A DNA stretch of 64,000 bases from a virus. Every line of letters starts with the position of its first letter. The stretch's first letter is position 1. Shown piece by piece: positions 40,001 to 48,308 of this stretch. Location of the stretch: the IMG/VR virus record IMGVR_UViG_3300025084_000007, positions 1 through 64,000 of that record, one strand, 5' to 3'. The notes beneath the pieces are model-generated. The model saw only the letters and a program-made list of their open reading frames with translations. It had not been told where the DNA came from and did not search any database. A program made the position numbers and the translations under genes.

Positions 40001-41239
40001 ACACCTACTTATAGCACTGCACAAAGAAAGGTTCGTGTTTATCACAGTAATCACTGTATGCATAGCAGTTCTAACAATGTAGTTATTAGCGGTATAGTTT
40101 CTGAGGTTAGTGATACTTCATTAACCGCATCACTTTCTGCATCTGATGTTAGTATTTCGGTATCGGATGCTACAGCATTCCATAAAGTTATTAACGGTCT
40201 TGCAGTTTCTGTAAGTAATGTTGGATTTATTAAGATTGGCGATGAGATTATTTCTTATAGTGCAATCAGCGGTGATAATAAAACTATTACTGTATACGAA
40301 AGAGGTGTTGATGGTACGACTGCTGTATCTCATGCAGATGAATCAGTTGTTGAATGCTATAACTTAGATGGTATTCCACTACCTCAACTTAATAAGACTC
40401 ATACAGGAATCTTGAATCCTACTCTTGATTACTATGAATTGAGCACCTCGTCTATTGCTAGATTGGGTATTATTGGTGGTGGTACTAATATTACTGCTAC
40501 ACAAAATGTTCAATATAATGTTCTCGTTCCTCAGATTGAGAGAATGTTGCTACCTAAGACAGATATTACTGCTCGAATTAATACGATCAGTGGTACATCA
40601 ATCAATGATGGCACGTCTCTGGCACAAGCATCATTTGCTAACGATGGGGTATTCAATGATGTTATCTTAGGAACAGATAACTATCTCGAAAAACCTGCAT
40701 TGATTTGTTCTACAGTCAATGAATCTGCAGAACTGAGTGGCGCTAAGTCATTCAGACTAGACCTAACGATGATTAGTGAAAAGACTAACATCAGTCCTGT
40801 CATTGATACTGATAGATTATCTGCCACATTGGTATCTAATAGGATTAATAATCCTGCCGATGTCAACAGTGCAAACCTTGCCGTTGGTGATAAGCATGAG
40901 GCAGTTTACATTACAAGAACTGCTGATTTGAAGAATCCTTCAGGTTCTATCAAATTGTATTTTACAGGATACCGTCCTCCTAACACAACGATTAAGGTCC
41001 TATATAGAGTACGACCGATTGGTTCTACAACTCCTATTGAAGAATTAGGATTTAACTTCTTCCCCGCAGAAGGTTCCAACATACCAGTTACATCGGAGAC
41101 TCAAATTTTCAGTGAATATGAGTACGAGGTAAGTGGTCTGAACTTCGATCAGTATCAAATCAAGGTACTGTTTGTATCTCCAAACCAATCCTTGGTTCCT
41201 ATAATCAAAGATTTGAGAGCAATTGCTCTTGCTGTATAA
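34031..41239 (+). CDS. VrlC-like (DUF4815-type) large virion structural protein
   Basis: PYYDDFD...RVLFRPGFPIQARELT, RYTMRDIG..E.R, DPLAQSF, LFKSQNASTWT motifs. Confidence 0.85.
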   Translation: MAQNTNLNVTPYYDDFDKDKNFYRVLFRPGFPIQARELTTMQSILQNQVENVGSHLFKDGAMVIPGQVGYDLTVDAIMLQESFLGADVESYRSQLNGLIIEGLSTGVKAKVLYSISSTESDKGYITLYVKYIESGGTDNSTELFASNEQLVTNTEITFGTTLIEVGSPFAQLLPTDALQQGSVSYVQQGVYFIRGFFVDVDYQYILLDQYGSNPSYRIGLNIQESIVTPEDDLSLNDNAAGTSNYAAPGSHRFRIKTTLIKKLLTDDADKNFIELLRINNSKVEKLVDRTALNELEKGLALRTYEESGNYVVKDFEITVRESLDDGFNNGVYPAGMTTSNGTVTSDDKYAVEFGAGVAYIRGYRVKRLSPSYVDLDKPRETLDAQNVIVPFEMGNYSNVNNIFGFPNTSGSTITNAYHTVELRDVATSSAGSAAGDLIGYARVTSIEHLADPDNTFGNTDDQYKLNIMDVQMFTVLELASAKSIPQGSLVVGGTSGARAYIVSATTSSDRVDVYQVEGTFLQNEMLLLDGSFLDTINHIHTYQYSDTRQFVARDESTLAIEFTADVVLEDVQLVEGSTFTYDATGGSETITGLQSNFALDLRPGDKIFFNSTEFVTVDLVTPGNLATGGVASIFNYASQTVNVTPPSSNFPSAGTYNTLLRYRTQLFDVANADLLSDMPKKYIKSISDESMIVRRTFDAQTVSSDSISITLPENEQFESITDQTYTVTVLAGTNSTHPVGDQITLDTVTTSALGYISFTSADRTTLQIENLTNITSVKVTATISKNVTVRKTKSGNEMFVLKVTNTIANLDKQNYSLTYSNLYGTRIEDRELSLGLTDSYRLHAVYESNDDNDPVIPSVVLVEPVFFANGTIVTGRTSKARAKVVDFASGSLKLSLVYITGSLLPGETVDGFDSTGAAISAIINDSEGSVVAGSKVVTDNYFLEVAQTGFIYNISRVIRKKGTIAPIRKLKLVLDYYTHSSTGDYFSGQSYLNTDYTDIPFFKFKFLADYLDFRPGVKNLYSGTGTVSSPAYVNCSTFDFKSRVFNISGTPNATVFDIPKLNSNFRCDFNWYLPRKDKAFITPDGEFQIIKGKSSDTPEEPDDLKDGMLLATISHKPYGFDPENDTVIVRSDNRRYTMRDIGAIERRLDQVEYYTSLNLLESDTFNSQILDSSGKNRLKNGFIVDDFSDHGKSDTAHEDFSAALDFEFGECRPAHYTTNVPLIINESLSTNYQQTGPLITLPYTELKIIEQPYASRVENINPFNVFTYIGRITLTPGSDDWLDTSRVPARVTQIEGDFQQVSSELNVDQNGFAPIQWRAWQTNWTGERTLGSRTTRNSGWLAQDRGRSPNPGVWGGRGMRRINRTTTLETTGSQTRQGVRSRVIPRIDRQSLGDSILSSTSIPWIRSRNIDVDVARLKPRTRFYSFFDGRSTVDYQIPKMIEIIKDPSIDTRTNSTPFVIGETVTGLTSGCKFKVAAPNDFYRFNPYDDSVLPESYASTTAFLNIDTVELSKQATGDYYGNFQVQEVLVGTSGATAVVRDRRLISDRFGKLRSSFFIPSPSLDTNPRWATGTRTLRLSTSDTDSRLGGAVASAAETNYEASGTLNTIQENVLAVRNAEVVRDTVTQNRTVRSTRTEIRQIGWYDPLAQSFIVDETDGVFLTSIDVYFFKKDDNIPVSMQIRTMENGYPTTTILPFSDVTLEPDTVQLSETAAVPTKFTFDAPVFIPQSVEHCFVLLSDSNSYQIWISRMGEQDITGDRTISEQPYAGVLFKSQNASTWTADQYEDLKFIVNRADFTNTLNSRLVVNNSALARGNGGELNLRRDAIQTFTPELVLTLNSTTLPYTVGSRIYQKTTLAEGTISAVTTTVAGVLLTINDINGTWAAGSNTGGSISNRVVSSKTLATMVVSTPTGDFTPGETITGNSADAPTAEVVTWNSGTNTLTLRYVSTDFTPTTETISGGTSSITATVSSIVYSGDAVEASAVSDSFVSATPTYSTAQRKVRVYHSNHCMHSSSNNVVISGIVSEVSDTSLTASLSASDVSISVSDATAFHKVINGLAVSVSNVGFIKIGDEIISYSAISGDNKTITVYERGVDGTTAVSHADESVVECYNLDGIPLPQLNKTHTGILNPTLDYYELSTSSIARLGIIGGGTNITATQNVQYNVLVPQIERMLLPKTDITARINTISGTSINDGTSLAQASFANDGVFNDVILGTDNYLEKPALICSTVNESAELSGAKSFRLDLTMISEKTNISPVIDTDRLSATLVSNRINNPADVNSANLAVGDKHEAVYITRTADLKNPSGSIKLYFTGYRPPNTTIKVLYRVRPIGSTTPIEELGFNFFPAEGSNIPVTSETQIFSEYEYEVSGLNFDQYQIKVLFVSPNQSLVPIIKDLRAIALAV

Positions 41240-41475
41240 TGTCACACATTCCTGTAAAAAATAAAGATAACTGGTACAGAAACTCGGAAACGGGTTCTGT
41301 ACTGTGTTCTGATTCTGATACATATCAGAAATATATGGCAGCATATAAAGCAGATAAGATGAAGCAGGAAGAGTTCACCACTTTACAAAACGAAGTTTCT
41401 GAGTTAAAATCGGATCTGAGTGATATCAAATCACTTTTACTAACGTTAGTCCAAAGTAAAGAGAACAAATTATGA
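41239..41475 (+). CDS. hypothetical coiled-coil protein
   Basis: 78-aa ORF with a TAATG overlap; heptad-rich C-terminus. Confidence 0.8.
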   Translation: MSHIPVKNKDNWYRNSETGSVLCSDSDTYQKYMAAYKADKMKQEEFTTLQNEVSELKSDLSDIKSLLLTLVQSKENKL

Positions 41476-41690
41476 CGATTGAACAAGTTCCTCAGGTTGA
41501 CATGCTCTCTCAATTTAAAGAGCGTCTTCAAGCAATCATTACTGAGAATCAGCAACTTGCTGCTAAAATTAAAGAAAATGAAACAACGGGACTGAAACTT
41601 CAGGGTGCTATTGAGGCACTTGAATATTATAACCCTCAGGAGGAAGAAACCGCTTCCCAACCTCCAGAAGAAGAAGAAACTGAAGAGTGA
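41472..41690 (+). CDS. hypothetical coiled-coil protein with acidic tail
   Basis: 72-aa ORF with an ATGA overlap; LKLQGAIEALE motif. Confidence 0.8.
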   Translation: MTIEQVPQVDMLSQFKERLQAIITENQQLAAKIKENETTGLKLQGAIEALEYYNPQEEETASQPPEEEETEE

Positions 41691-41697
41691 TACAATG

Positions 41698-41717
41698 GGG
41701 GCAGAAATGCCCCTTTT
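41698..41717 (+). terminator. rho-independent terminator
   Basis: GGGGCA-GAAA-TGCCCC hairpin followed by TTTT. Confidence 0.8.
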
Positions 41718-41725
41718 CTATTACG

Positions 41726-41733
41726 CATAAATA
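41726..41733 (+). promoter_or_regulatory. T4-type late promoter
   Basis: CATAAATA between the terminator and the fibre gene. Confidence 0.7.
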
Positions 41734-41770
41734 ACTTGGAAGCATAATCACTATCGAGTTGTCGTAAAAA

Positions 41771-44700
41771 ATGGCAAATAGAATACAGTTAAGACGCGGT
41801 GGTGCTCAGGAATGGGCAAACGCGAATCCAACTCTTGCACAGGGTGAACTTGGAATTGAACTCGATACTGGTCGGTTCAAAATCGGTGATGGTGCAACGG
41901 CATGGAACACGCTAAGATATGAGCGCCCTGTAGAGTCCAACACTAATACTCCAAATACTCTTGTACAAAGAGACGCAGATGGAAGTTTTTCTGCGGGTAC
42001 TATCACGTCAACTCTTATTGGTAATGCTTCAACATCAACTAGACTTGAACAGACTAGACAGATTCAGTTATCTAGTGATGTAACAGCAACTGGCAACTTT
42101 GATGGTTCCCAAAACTTAAACTTAAGTACTTCTTTATCACTGATCAATACTCTTCCTCATTACTTGGAAGGTGGTTTAAGTACTACTACTAGAACATTTA
42201 CTGAAGTTACTGTTGACCAGAAGGGTAGAGTTATAAATGCTAGAACTCCTGCTCAACTAAATCTTACGGATTATGGTCTTGATGGTTCTGCAACTAGTGA
42301 TACAACTTTAGCACAACCTTGGAATGCAAACTTAGAAGCAATCTCAGACGAAACTGGTACTGGTTTATATTCAAAAACTGCAGCAGGTGTTGTTGAGACC
42401 AGACTTATTACTGGTGCTGCTGGTCAGATTGTTATTACTGACGGTGGTGGTATTAGTGGTAATCCTCTTATCTCACTGTCGGTTCAATCAAACGTTGTTC
42501 CTGGAGATTATAATACAGAATCTCTCACTTCAGTATCTCAAGCTGGTAGTGGTGGAGAACCTTTTGGTACAGAGACTGTTAATGCTTCTAAGTTCTCTGT
42601 TGACGATAAAGGGCGTTTAACAACCGTAACGAATGTACCTATTGCTACTGCTACCGAGGGTAGTAAGTATGCGGCATATGCAGCAGGTACAACATATGCT
42701 AGATACCAGATTATTGAAGATAGCAGTAGAGTATATCAATCAATCACAGCAATTGCTTCAGGTGGTGGTGCTCCAACTCATACTGATACTTCTGATACTG
42801 GCGGATGGAGATATCTCGGTGCAGCAGCAGTAGAACAGAAAGGACTTGCTTCTTTTGCACAAGAAGATTTTGATGTTGACAGCAACGGACATGTAACTAT
42901 TGCTGCTGTTGGTGTTGATAATACACAACTACAGAATAATAGAGTTTCTTTTGCTGATGGAAATACAAAAGAAGATTTTGAACTTGATCAAGAACTTACT
43001 GCAACCACTGGATACAGAGGATTCAATTATCTTAACTATCTTAAAGTTAATGATACGAGCGGTAATCTACTTGTTGGCGCTAATAATACGGGGGACAGCG
43101 GAGCTGGCGAACTTGATGTTAATGTACGGTCGTATTTCTCTGACCCTGACATTACTCTTGACGGCACTGTTGCTCAGACATTGGATAAGACTGGGGATGG
43201 TAACCTTACCTTCCAGTTAACTCAAGACGCTTCAACTGCTAGATTCCTCAATATCACCTCAACCAATGCTGGTGCTGGTACTGCATATGTTGTTATCACT
43301 GGAGACGACATAGTTGATATCAAGGCAACTGAAGCAACTGGTAAAGTTTGGGTCGAAGATGCAAGATTCCAAGATAACTACATCGCAACATCGAATGCGA
43401 CGATGAATCTTGACCCTGGCGATGATCGTGCCGCTACTGGGTTGGTTCGCATCTTCGGTAACCTTCAGATTGATGGTACAACTACCACAGTTAATTCAAC
43501 ACAACTGAGTGTAGATGATGTCACTATTCTACTTGGTGGTGATACTGTTCCTACAACTGATGACAATCTGGATCGTGGTATTGAATTCAACTATTATGAT
43601 ACCGAAGCACGCTTAGGTTTCTACGGTTGGGATACTAATTACACTGATTTGGGTGGTCATGGCGGTGGATATCGTTTCCTTCATGCTGCTACAAATACTG
43701 CTGAAGTCTTTACTGGTACTGACTCTGGTATCATTGCAGGTAACGTAAAACTTACAACAGGCACTAACTCAACTACTAATACAACTGGCGACTTGGTAGT
43801 TGCTGGTGGTGTTGGTATTACTCAAGATGTAAACATCGGCGGTCTGGTTGATATTGACAGCACATTGCGTGTTCATAACACCTCTCGCTTTGATGACAAC
43901 ATGGTCATCCAAGGTGCTTCTAAGACACTGCAACTAAACAATGGTAGTGGCACAACCAAGATTGAATTCCAATCTACAACTGGTAACGGATCTCTTGCTG
44001 GTATTCTGGATGTAACTGGAAACCTCAATGTCAATACCGATAAGTTTAATGTTGTTGCTGCCTCAGGCAACACAACTATTGCTGGCACATTAGGTGTCAC
44101 AGATGTTGCAACATTCTCTAATAATATTGATGCTAACGGCGATGTTGCAATCGCTGGTAACATTCACTCCGAAAGCACTAACGATATCACCACTGCTAAG
44201 AATGGCAGCACTGGTATATGGGAGATTCAGTCTAATGACTATGGATCTCTGAAAGTTGATGGTGGTGCATATGTTGCAGGATCTGCTCTAATCGATGGCA
44301 CACTCCATGTTAACGGCGCTATTGAAGTTAAGGATAGTGCGACAGAGACTGAATCTAGACTTAACTGGTTGAGAGTTAGATACAGAGGTCGTTTCGGTGA
44401 CACTTATCAGGCATCTCCTTCTTATGCATCTCACAACTTCTCCACCCTAAAAGCACACGGTGGTGCAGGTATTATGAAATCCCTGTATGTTGGTGCTACT
44501 GGAACTGGCGAAAGATTCTCTGTTGGTAAAAAAGAAAGTGGTGATACTGAGAAGTTCATTGTTATCGGTGCAACTGGTGATACAACAATTGAAGGCACTC
44601 TTCTGGTTGAAGATAACGTAAACTTCAATGGCACTCTGGATGTTGATGCAGACTTTGCTGTTAGAGACGGTACAACGGATAGATTCTTCGTTGATAATGT

Positions 44701-47494
44701 AACTGGTAACACCTATATCGATGGCACTCTGGATGTTAATGGTGCAACTGAGATTACAAATACTCTGGATGTTAGCAATGCTGTTACATTCGATCAGACA
44801 CTGTTAGTCCAAGGCAACTCTGAGTTTAACGGTACTGTTGATATTGATGCCAACTTCGCTGTTAGAAGTGGTAGCACGGATAAGATGACTGTTGCTTCTG
44901 CATCAGGTAACATCGCAACTGACGGTACATTAGTTGTTCAAGGTCAGACAACTATTAACGATTCTCTGATTGTTGATGCTTCTAATGAAGTCTTCTCCAT
45001 CAGAAATGGATCTGCTGTAGAGAAGTTTGGTGTTGATGCAGACAATGGCAACACAAACATCATTGGCACACTGACCGTTGGTGATGCAACTCAGATTAAT
45101 GACACCTTGGGTGCATCTGGTATTGTCACACTTACTAACAACACCGAGCAAACTCTGACAGGTAGTTATGGTGCTGATGGTGCTCTAAGACTTACTGGTG
45201 GTGCTGCTGTCCAAAGAAACCTCGCTGTTGGTGGTGCTGCAAGAGTCTATGGCAACACTGAACTGACTGGTACTCTTGATCTTAATAATAGTGCAGACAT
45301 TTCTGGTGCTTTAGTAACGCATGATAATGTTACTATTACTGCAGACAATAAGACCTTTGCAATCCAGACTGCTGGTTCTGTTAATAAGTTCACAGTAGAT
45401 ACGGACAATGGCAATACTGATATTCGTGGAACCCTGGATGTTGGCGGTGACGTAACTGCCGAGTCTAACCTTACTGTTACTGGAAACCTTACTGTTAATG
45501 GAACAACGACTACTGTTAATTCTACGGTCACAACTCTCGATGACCCTATTATTACTGTGGGTGGTGACACAGCACCGACAACTAACGACGGTAAGGACCG
45601 TGGTGTTGAGTTCCGTTATTACGACAGCTCTGCGAAAGTTGGTTTCTTCGGATACGATAGATCCGCCAACCAATTCGCATTCGTAGTAGACGCAACCAAT
45701 TCATCAGAAGTTCTTTCAGGTACTGACGGCAACCTTCGTGCTGGTAGTTTGAATCTTACTGGTGCTGGCACTGCACTCGATGTTGATGCTAACGCCAACA
45801 TTGACGGCACTCTGACTGTAGATGGTCAAATCATCTCCCAGGTTGCTTCTGGTGCTGCTCTAGTCATTCCTAACACGACTAAGATTAACAACCTCAATGC
45901 TGACCTTCTGGACAGCATGACAACTGCTTCTGCGGCAACTGCAACTACTGTTGTTGCTCGTGACGGTAGTGGAGACTTTGCTGCAAATATCATCACAGTT
46001 GCTTCTGGTGTAGGTGCTGCTGCTGGTATTCAAGGTAATGCTCTTACTGCTGATACACTCAAAACAGCAAGAAATATTGCAGTTGCTGGTGTTGTTGCTG
46101 GTGATGCTGAGTTTAATGGTGCTGGTGATATTACAATCACTACGACATATGTTGACGCAGACATTACTGCACTCGCCGCTATGGCAGGAACTGGTTTTGT
46201 TTCCAGGACTGCTGCTAACACATATGCTCAGCGTACACTCGCTGTCACAGCATCTTCTGGTATTACACTGACGAATGCTGATGGTGTTGCTGGTAACCCA
46301 ACCATTAACGTTGCTTCTACAGCAAGCAACTCAGCAAACAACCTTGTTCTTCGTGACGCATCTGGCGACTTTGCTGCTGGAATTATTACTGCAGCATTAG
46401 TTGGTAATGTCACTGGTCAAGTATCTGATATTAGCAATCACGATACTGGAGATCTCTCCGAAGGATCTAATCTATATTTCACGAATGAGCGTGTCGATGA
46501 TAGAGTTAATGCTCTTATTGTTGCTGGCACAGGTATCACCAAAGCATACAATGACGCAGCAGGCACCTATACGCTTACTGTAACGCAGGTAGACATCGAT
46601 ACCGACAATGTAACAGAAGGTTCCACAAACCTCTTTACAACCGCTGCTAGGACCCGTACACACTTCACATATGGTACAGGTATTGAACTTAGCGGTGCAG
46701 GTGCTCTGAGCGTCACTCAGGCAGACATTAATACCGACAATGTAACAGAAGGTTCTACTAACATCTTCTACACAGAAGCACGATTTGATACAAGTCTTGC
46801 AAGTAAAGATACTGATGATGTAACTGAAGGTTCCACAAATCTGTACTTCACTAATACTCGTGCAGATACTCGCGCTAACTTAAGAGTTGCTGCTGCTACA
46901 GGTAGTAACCTCGATCTTTCAGAGAAGTCTACTTCTGATCTTTCTGAAGGAACTAACCAGTACTACACTGAAGCAAGAGTTCAAGATAAACTTGATAATG
47001 CATTTGCTCAACTCACAGCAATGCTCAACAATCTTGCAACTACTACAACTCTTGTCTTGAATCTGTCTGGTGATCCTACCCCTGGTGACGTGACTGCGCT
47101 TAACAATGCTTCTCTTGCTGGTGGCACATTGTATAACACTGCTACTGGAGTCGCTACCACCTCAAGCGGTAGTGGCACTGGATTAACAGTAGATATCACT
47201 GCATCTGGTGGTGCTATCACTGCAGTTGCTATCAATGGTGATGGTTCTGGTTATGTTGTTGGTGAGACTATTACAATCACAGGTGGTGGCGGAGACGCTA
47301 CTATCGATGTCTCTGCTGTTACTGAGATGGCAGTTGGAGATACTGTCACAGGCAGTACATCAGGCACCACAGGTGTTATCACTGCTGTTGGTGCAAGTTC
47401 AGTTACTGTTGACACTGTTGACGGATTCTTTAAGAAGACTGAGACAGTATCTGCTGGAGATGTTTCTACATTAACAATCACTTCATTCGCCTGA
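41771..47494 (+). CDS. long fibre protein (1907 aa)
   Basis: N-terminal IQLRRG..W..ANPTLAQGELG.ELDTG.FKIGDG (Mtd/hyaluronidase-type anchor); many GNT-I-GTL-V beta repeats; TEGSTNL repeats. Confidence 0.85.
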   Translation: MANRIQLRRGGAQEWANANPTLAQGELGIELDTGRFKIGDGATAWNTLRYERPVESNTNTPNTLVQRDADGSFSAGTITSTLIGNASTSTRLEQTRQIQLSSDVTATGNFDGSQNLNLSTSLSLINTLPHYLEGGLSTTTRTFTEVTVDQKGRVINARTPAQLNLTDYGLDGSATSDTTLAQPWNANLEAISDETGTGLYSKTAAGVVETRLITGAAGQIVITDGGGISGNPLISLSVQSNVVPGDYNTESLTSVSQAGSGGEPFGTETVNASKFSVDDKGRLTTVTNVPIATATEGSKYAAYAAGTTYARYQIIEDSSRVYQSITAIASGGGAPTHTDTSDTGGWRYLGAAAVEQKGLASFAQEDFDVDSNGHVTIAAVGVDNTQLQNNRVSFADGNTKEDFELDQELTATTGYRGFNYLNYLKVNDTSGNLLVGANNTGDSGAGELDVNVRSYFSDPDITLDGTVAQTLDKTGDGNLTFQLTQDASTARFLNITSTNAGAGTAYVVITGDDIVDIKATEATGKVWVEDARFQDNYIATSNATMNLDPGDDRAATGLVRIFGNLQIDGTTTTVNSTQLSVDDVTILLGGDTVPTTDDNLDRGIEFNYYDTEARLGFYGWDTNYTDLGGHGGGYRFLHAATNTAEVFTGTDSGIIAGNVKLTTGTNSTTNTTGDLVVAGGVGITQDVNIGGLVDIDSTLRVHNTSRFDDNMVIQGASKTLQLNNGSGTTKIEFQSTTGNGSLAGILDVTGNLNVNTDKFNVVAASGNTTIAGTLGVTDVATFSNNIDANGDVAIAGNIHSESTNDITTAKNGSTGIWEIQSNDYGSLKVDGGAYVAGSALIDGTLHVNGAIEVKDSATETESRLNWLRVRYRGRFGDTYQASPSYASHNFSTLKAHGGAGIMKSLYVGATGTGERFSVGKKESGDTEKFIVIGATGDTTIEGTLLVEDNVNFNGTLDVDADFAVRDGTTDRFFVDNVTGNTYIDGTLDVNGATEITNTLDVSNAVTFDQTLLVQGNSEFNGTVDIDANFAVRSGSTDKMTVASASGNIATDGTLVVQGQTTINDSLIVDASNEVFSIRNGSAVEKFGVDADNGNTNIIGTLTVGDATQINDTLGASGIVTLTNNTEQTLTGSYGADGALRLTGGAAVQRNLAVGGAARVYGNTELTGTLDLNNSADISGALVTHDNVTITADNKTFAIQTAGSVNKFTVDTDNGNTDIRGTLDVGGDVTAESNLTVTGNLTVNGTTTTVNSTVTTLDDPIITVGGDTAPTTNDGKDRGVEFRYYDSSAKVGFFGYDRSANQFAFVVDATNSSEVLSGTDGNLRAGSLNLTGAGTALDVDANANIDGTLTVDGQIISQVASGAALVIPNTTKINNLNADLLDSMTTASAATATTVVARDGSGDFAANIITVASGVGAAAGIQGNALTADTLKTARNIAVAGVVAGDAEFNGAGDITITTTYVDADITALAAMAGTGFVSRTAANTYAQRTLAVTASSGITLTNADGVAGNPTINVASTASNSANNLVLRDASGDFAAGIITAALVGNVTGQVSDISNHDTGDLSEGSNLYFTNERVDDRVNALIVAGTGITKAYNDAAGTYTLTVTQVDIDTDNVTEGSTNLFTTAARTRTHFTYGTGIELSGAGALSVTQADINTDNVTEGSTNIFYTEARFDTSLASKDTDDVTEGSTNLYFTNTRADTRANLRVAAATGSNLDLSEKSTSDLSEGTNQYYTEARVQDKLDNAFAQLTAMLNNLATTTTLVLNLSGDPTPGDVTALNNASLAGGTLYNTATGVATTSSGSGTGLTVDITASGGAITAVAINGDGSGYVVGETITITGGGGDATIDVSAVTEMAVGDTVTGSTSGTTGVITAVGASSVTVDTVDGFFKKTETVSAGDVSTLTITSFA
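46441..46980 (+). repeat. five in-frame T-x-D/N-L/V-x-E-G-x-(T)N-L-Y/F repeats in the fibre
   Basis: TGDLSEGSNLYFT, TDNVTEGSTNLFT, TDNVTEGSTNIFYT, TDDVTEGSTNLYFT, TSDLSEGTNQYYT; DNA ACCGACAATGTAACAGAAGGTTC at both 46601 and 46733. Confidence 0.8.
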
Positions 47495-47500
47495 TAACAA

Positions 47501-48307
47501 ATGACCGCTACAAGACCCGCTTCTAAAACAGAGTTAAAAAACTACGCTCTTCGTAGATTAGGTTTTCCTGCTATTGATATCAATGTATGTGATGAGCAGT
47601 TGGATGACCTAATCGAAGAAGCAATCGATTACTATCAAGAGTTTGCATATAACGGCAGTTACAAAGCATTCATCAAAATTGAAGTAACCGATGCGATTAA
47701 AACTGCGGCTAAAACTGGTAGTGCTTTAGGTTCTACTGATTGGACAGAAGGAAATGAATATGTATCACTTCCCCCTGGAGTCTTGGCAGTCAATCATGTC
47801 TATAGTCAGATTGGTGCTTCTAGTGTAACTCCTGGTAATATTTTTAATATTAAGTATCAGATTTTCTTGAATGATATCTATGCAATGACGCATGGACATA
47901 TCCTACATTACTTTATGACTTCACAATATCTTGAGACTCTTGATTGGGTCACAAACTCAGATAGAAATCGTAGAGTTAGATATAATGAATATCAAGGAAG
48001 ATTGTATTTAGATTTTGATTGGGCAAATTTACAAGCAGGCAATCAAATTGTGGTAGAAGTTTTGATGCGTCAAGACCCTGATACATACACTGCAATGTAC
48101 AATGATGCCTGGTTGAAAGATTATGTAGAATCATTATTCCAACAGCAATGGGGTCGCAACCTCAGTAAGTATGATGGAATTCAAATGCTTGGTGGTGTGA
48201 CTCTGAATGGTCGCCAGATTCTCGAAGATGCGAGTCAGTTCAAGAAAGATCTTGAAGCAGATATTCGCAAGACTTACGAACTCCCTCCAATGGATTTAAT
48301 CGGTTGA
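47501..48307 (+). CDS. gp13: neck protein gp13
   Basis: ELKNYALRRLG.P.I.INV..EQ, QQWGRNLSKY.G.Q..GGVTLNG motifs. Confidence 0.93.
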   Translation: MTATRPASKTELKNYALRRLGFPAIDINVCDEQLDDLIEEAIDYYQEFAYNGSYKAFIKIEVTDAIKTAAKTGSALGSTDWTEGNEYVSLPPGVLAVNHVYSQIGASSVTPGNIFNIKYQIFLNDIYAMTHGHILHYFMTSQYLETLDWVTNSDRNRRVRYNEYQGRLYLDFDWANLQAGNQIVVEVLMRQDPDTYTAMYNDAWLKDYVESLFQQQWGRNLSKYDGIQMLGGVTLNGRQILEDASQFKKDLEADIRKTYELPPMDLIG

Positions 48308-48308
48308 T

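Noticed and set aside
46601-46840. CRISPR-like spaced DNA repeats
   Set aside because: The repeats are in-frame, degenerate at synonymous positions, irregularly spaced and encode protein repeats. No cas genes are present.
41771-47494. Diversity-generating retroelement suggested by the Mtd-like N-terminus
   Set aside because: No reverse transcriptase and no TR/VR pair differing at adenines seen in the window. The N-terminal domain is a generic fibre anchor.
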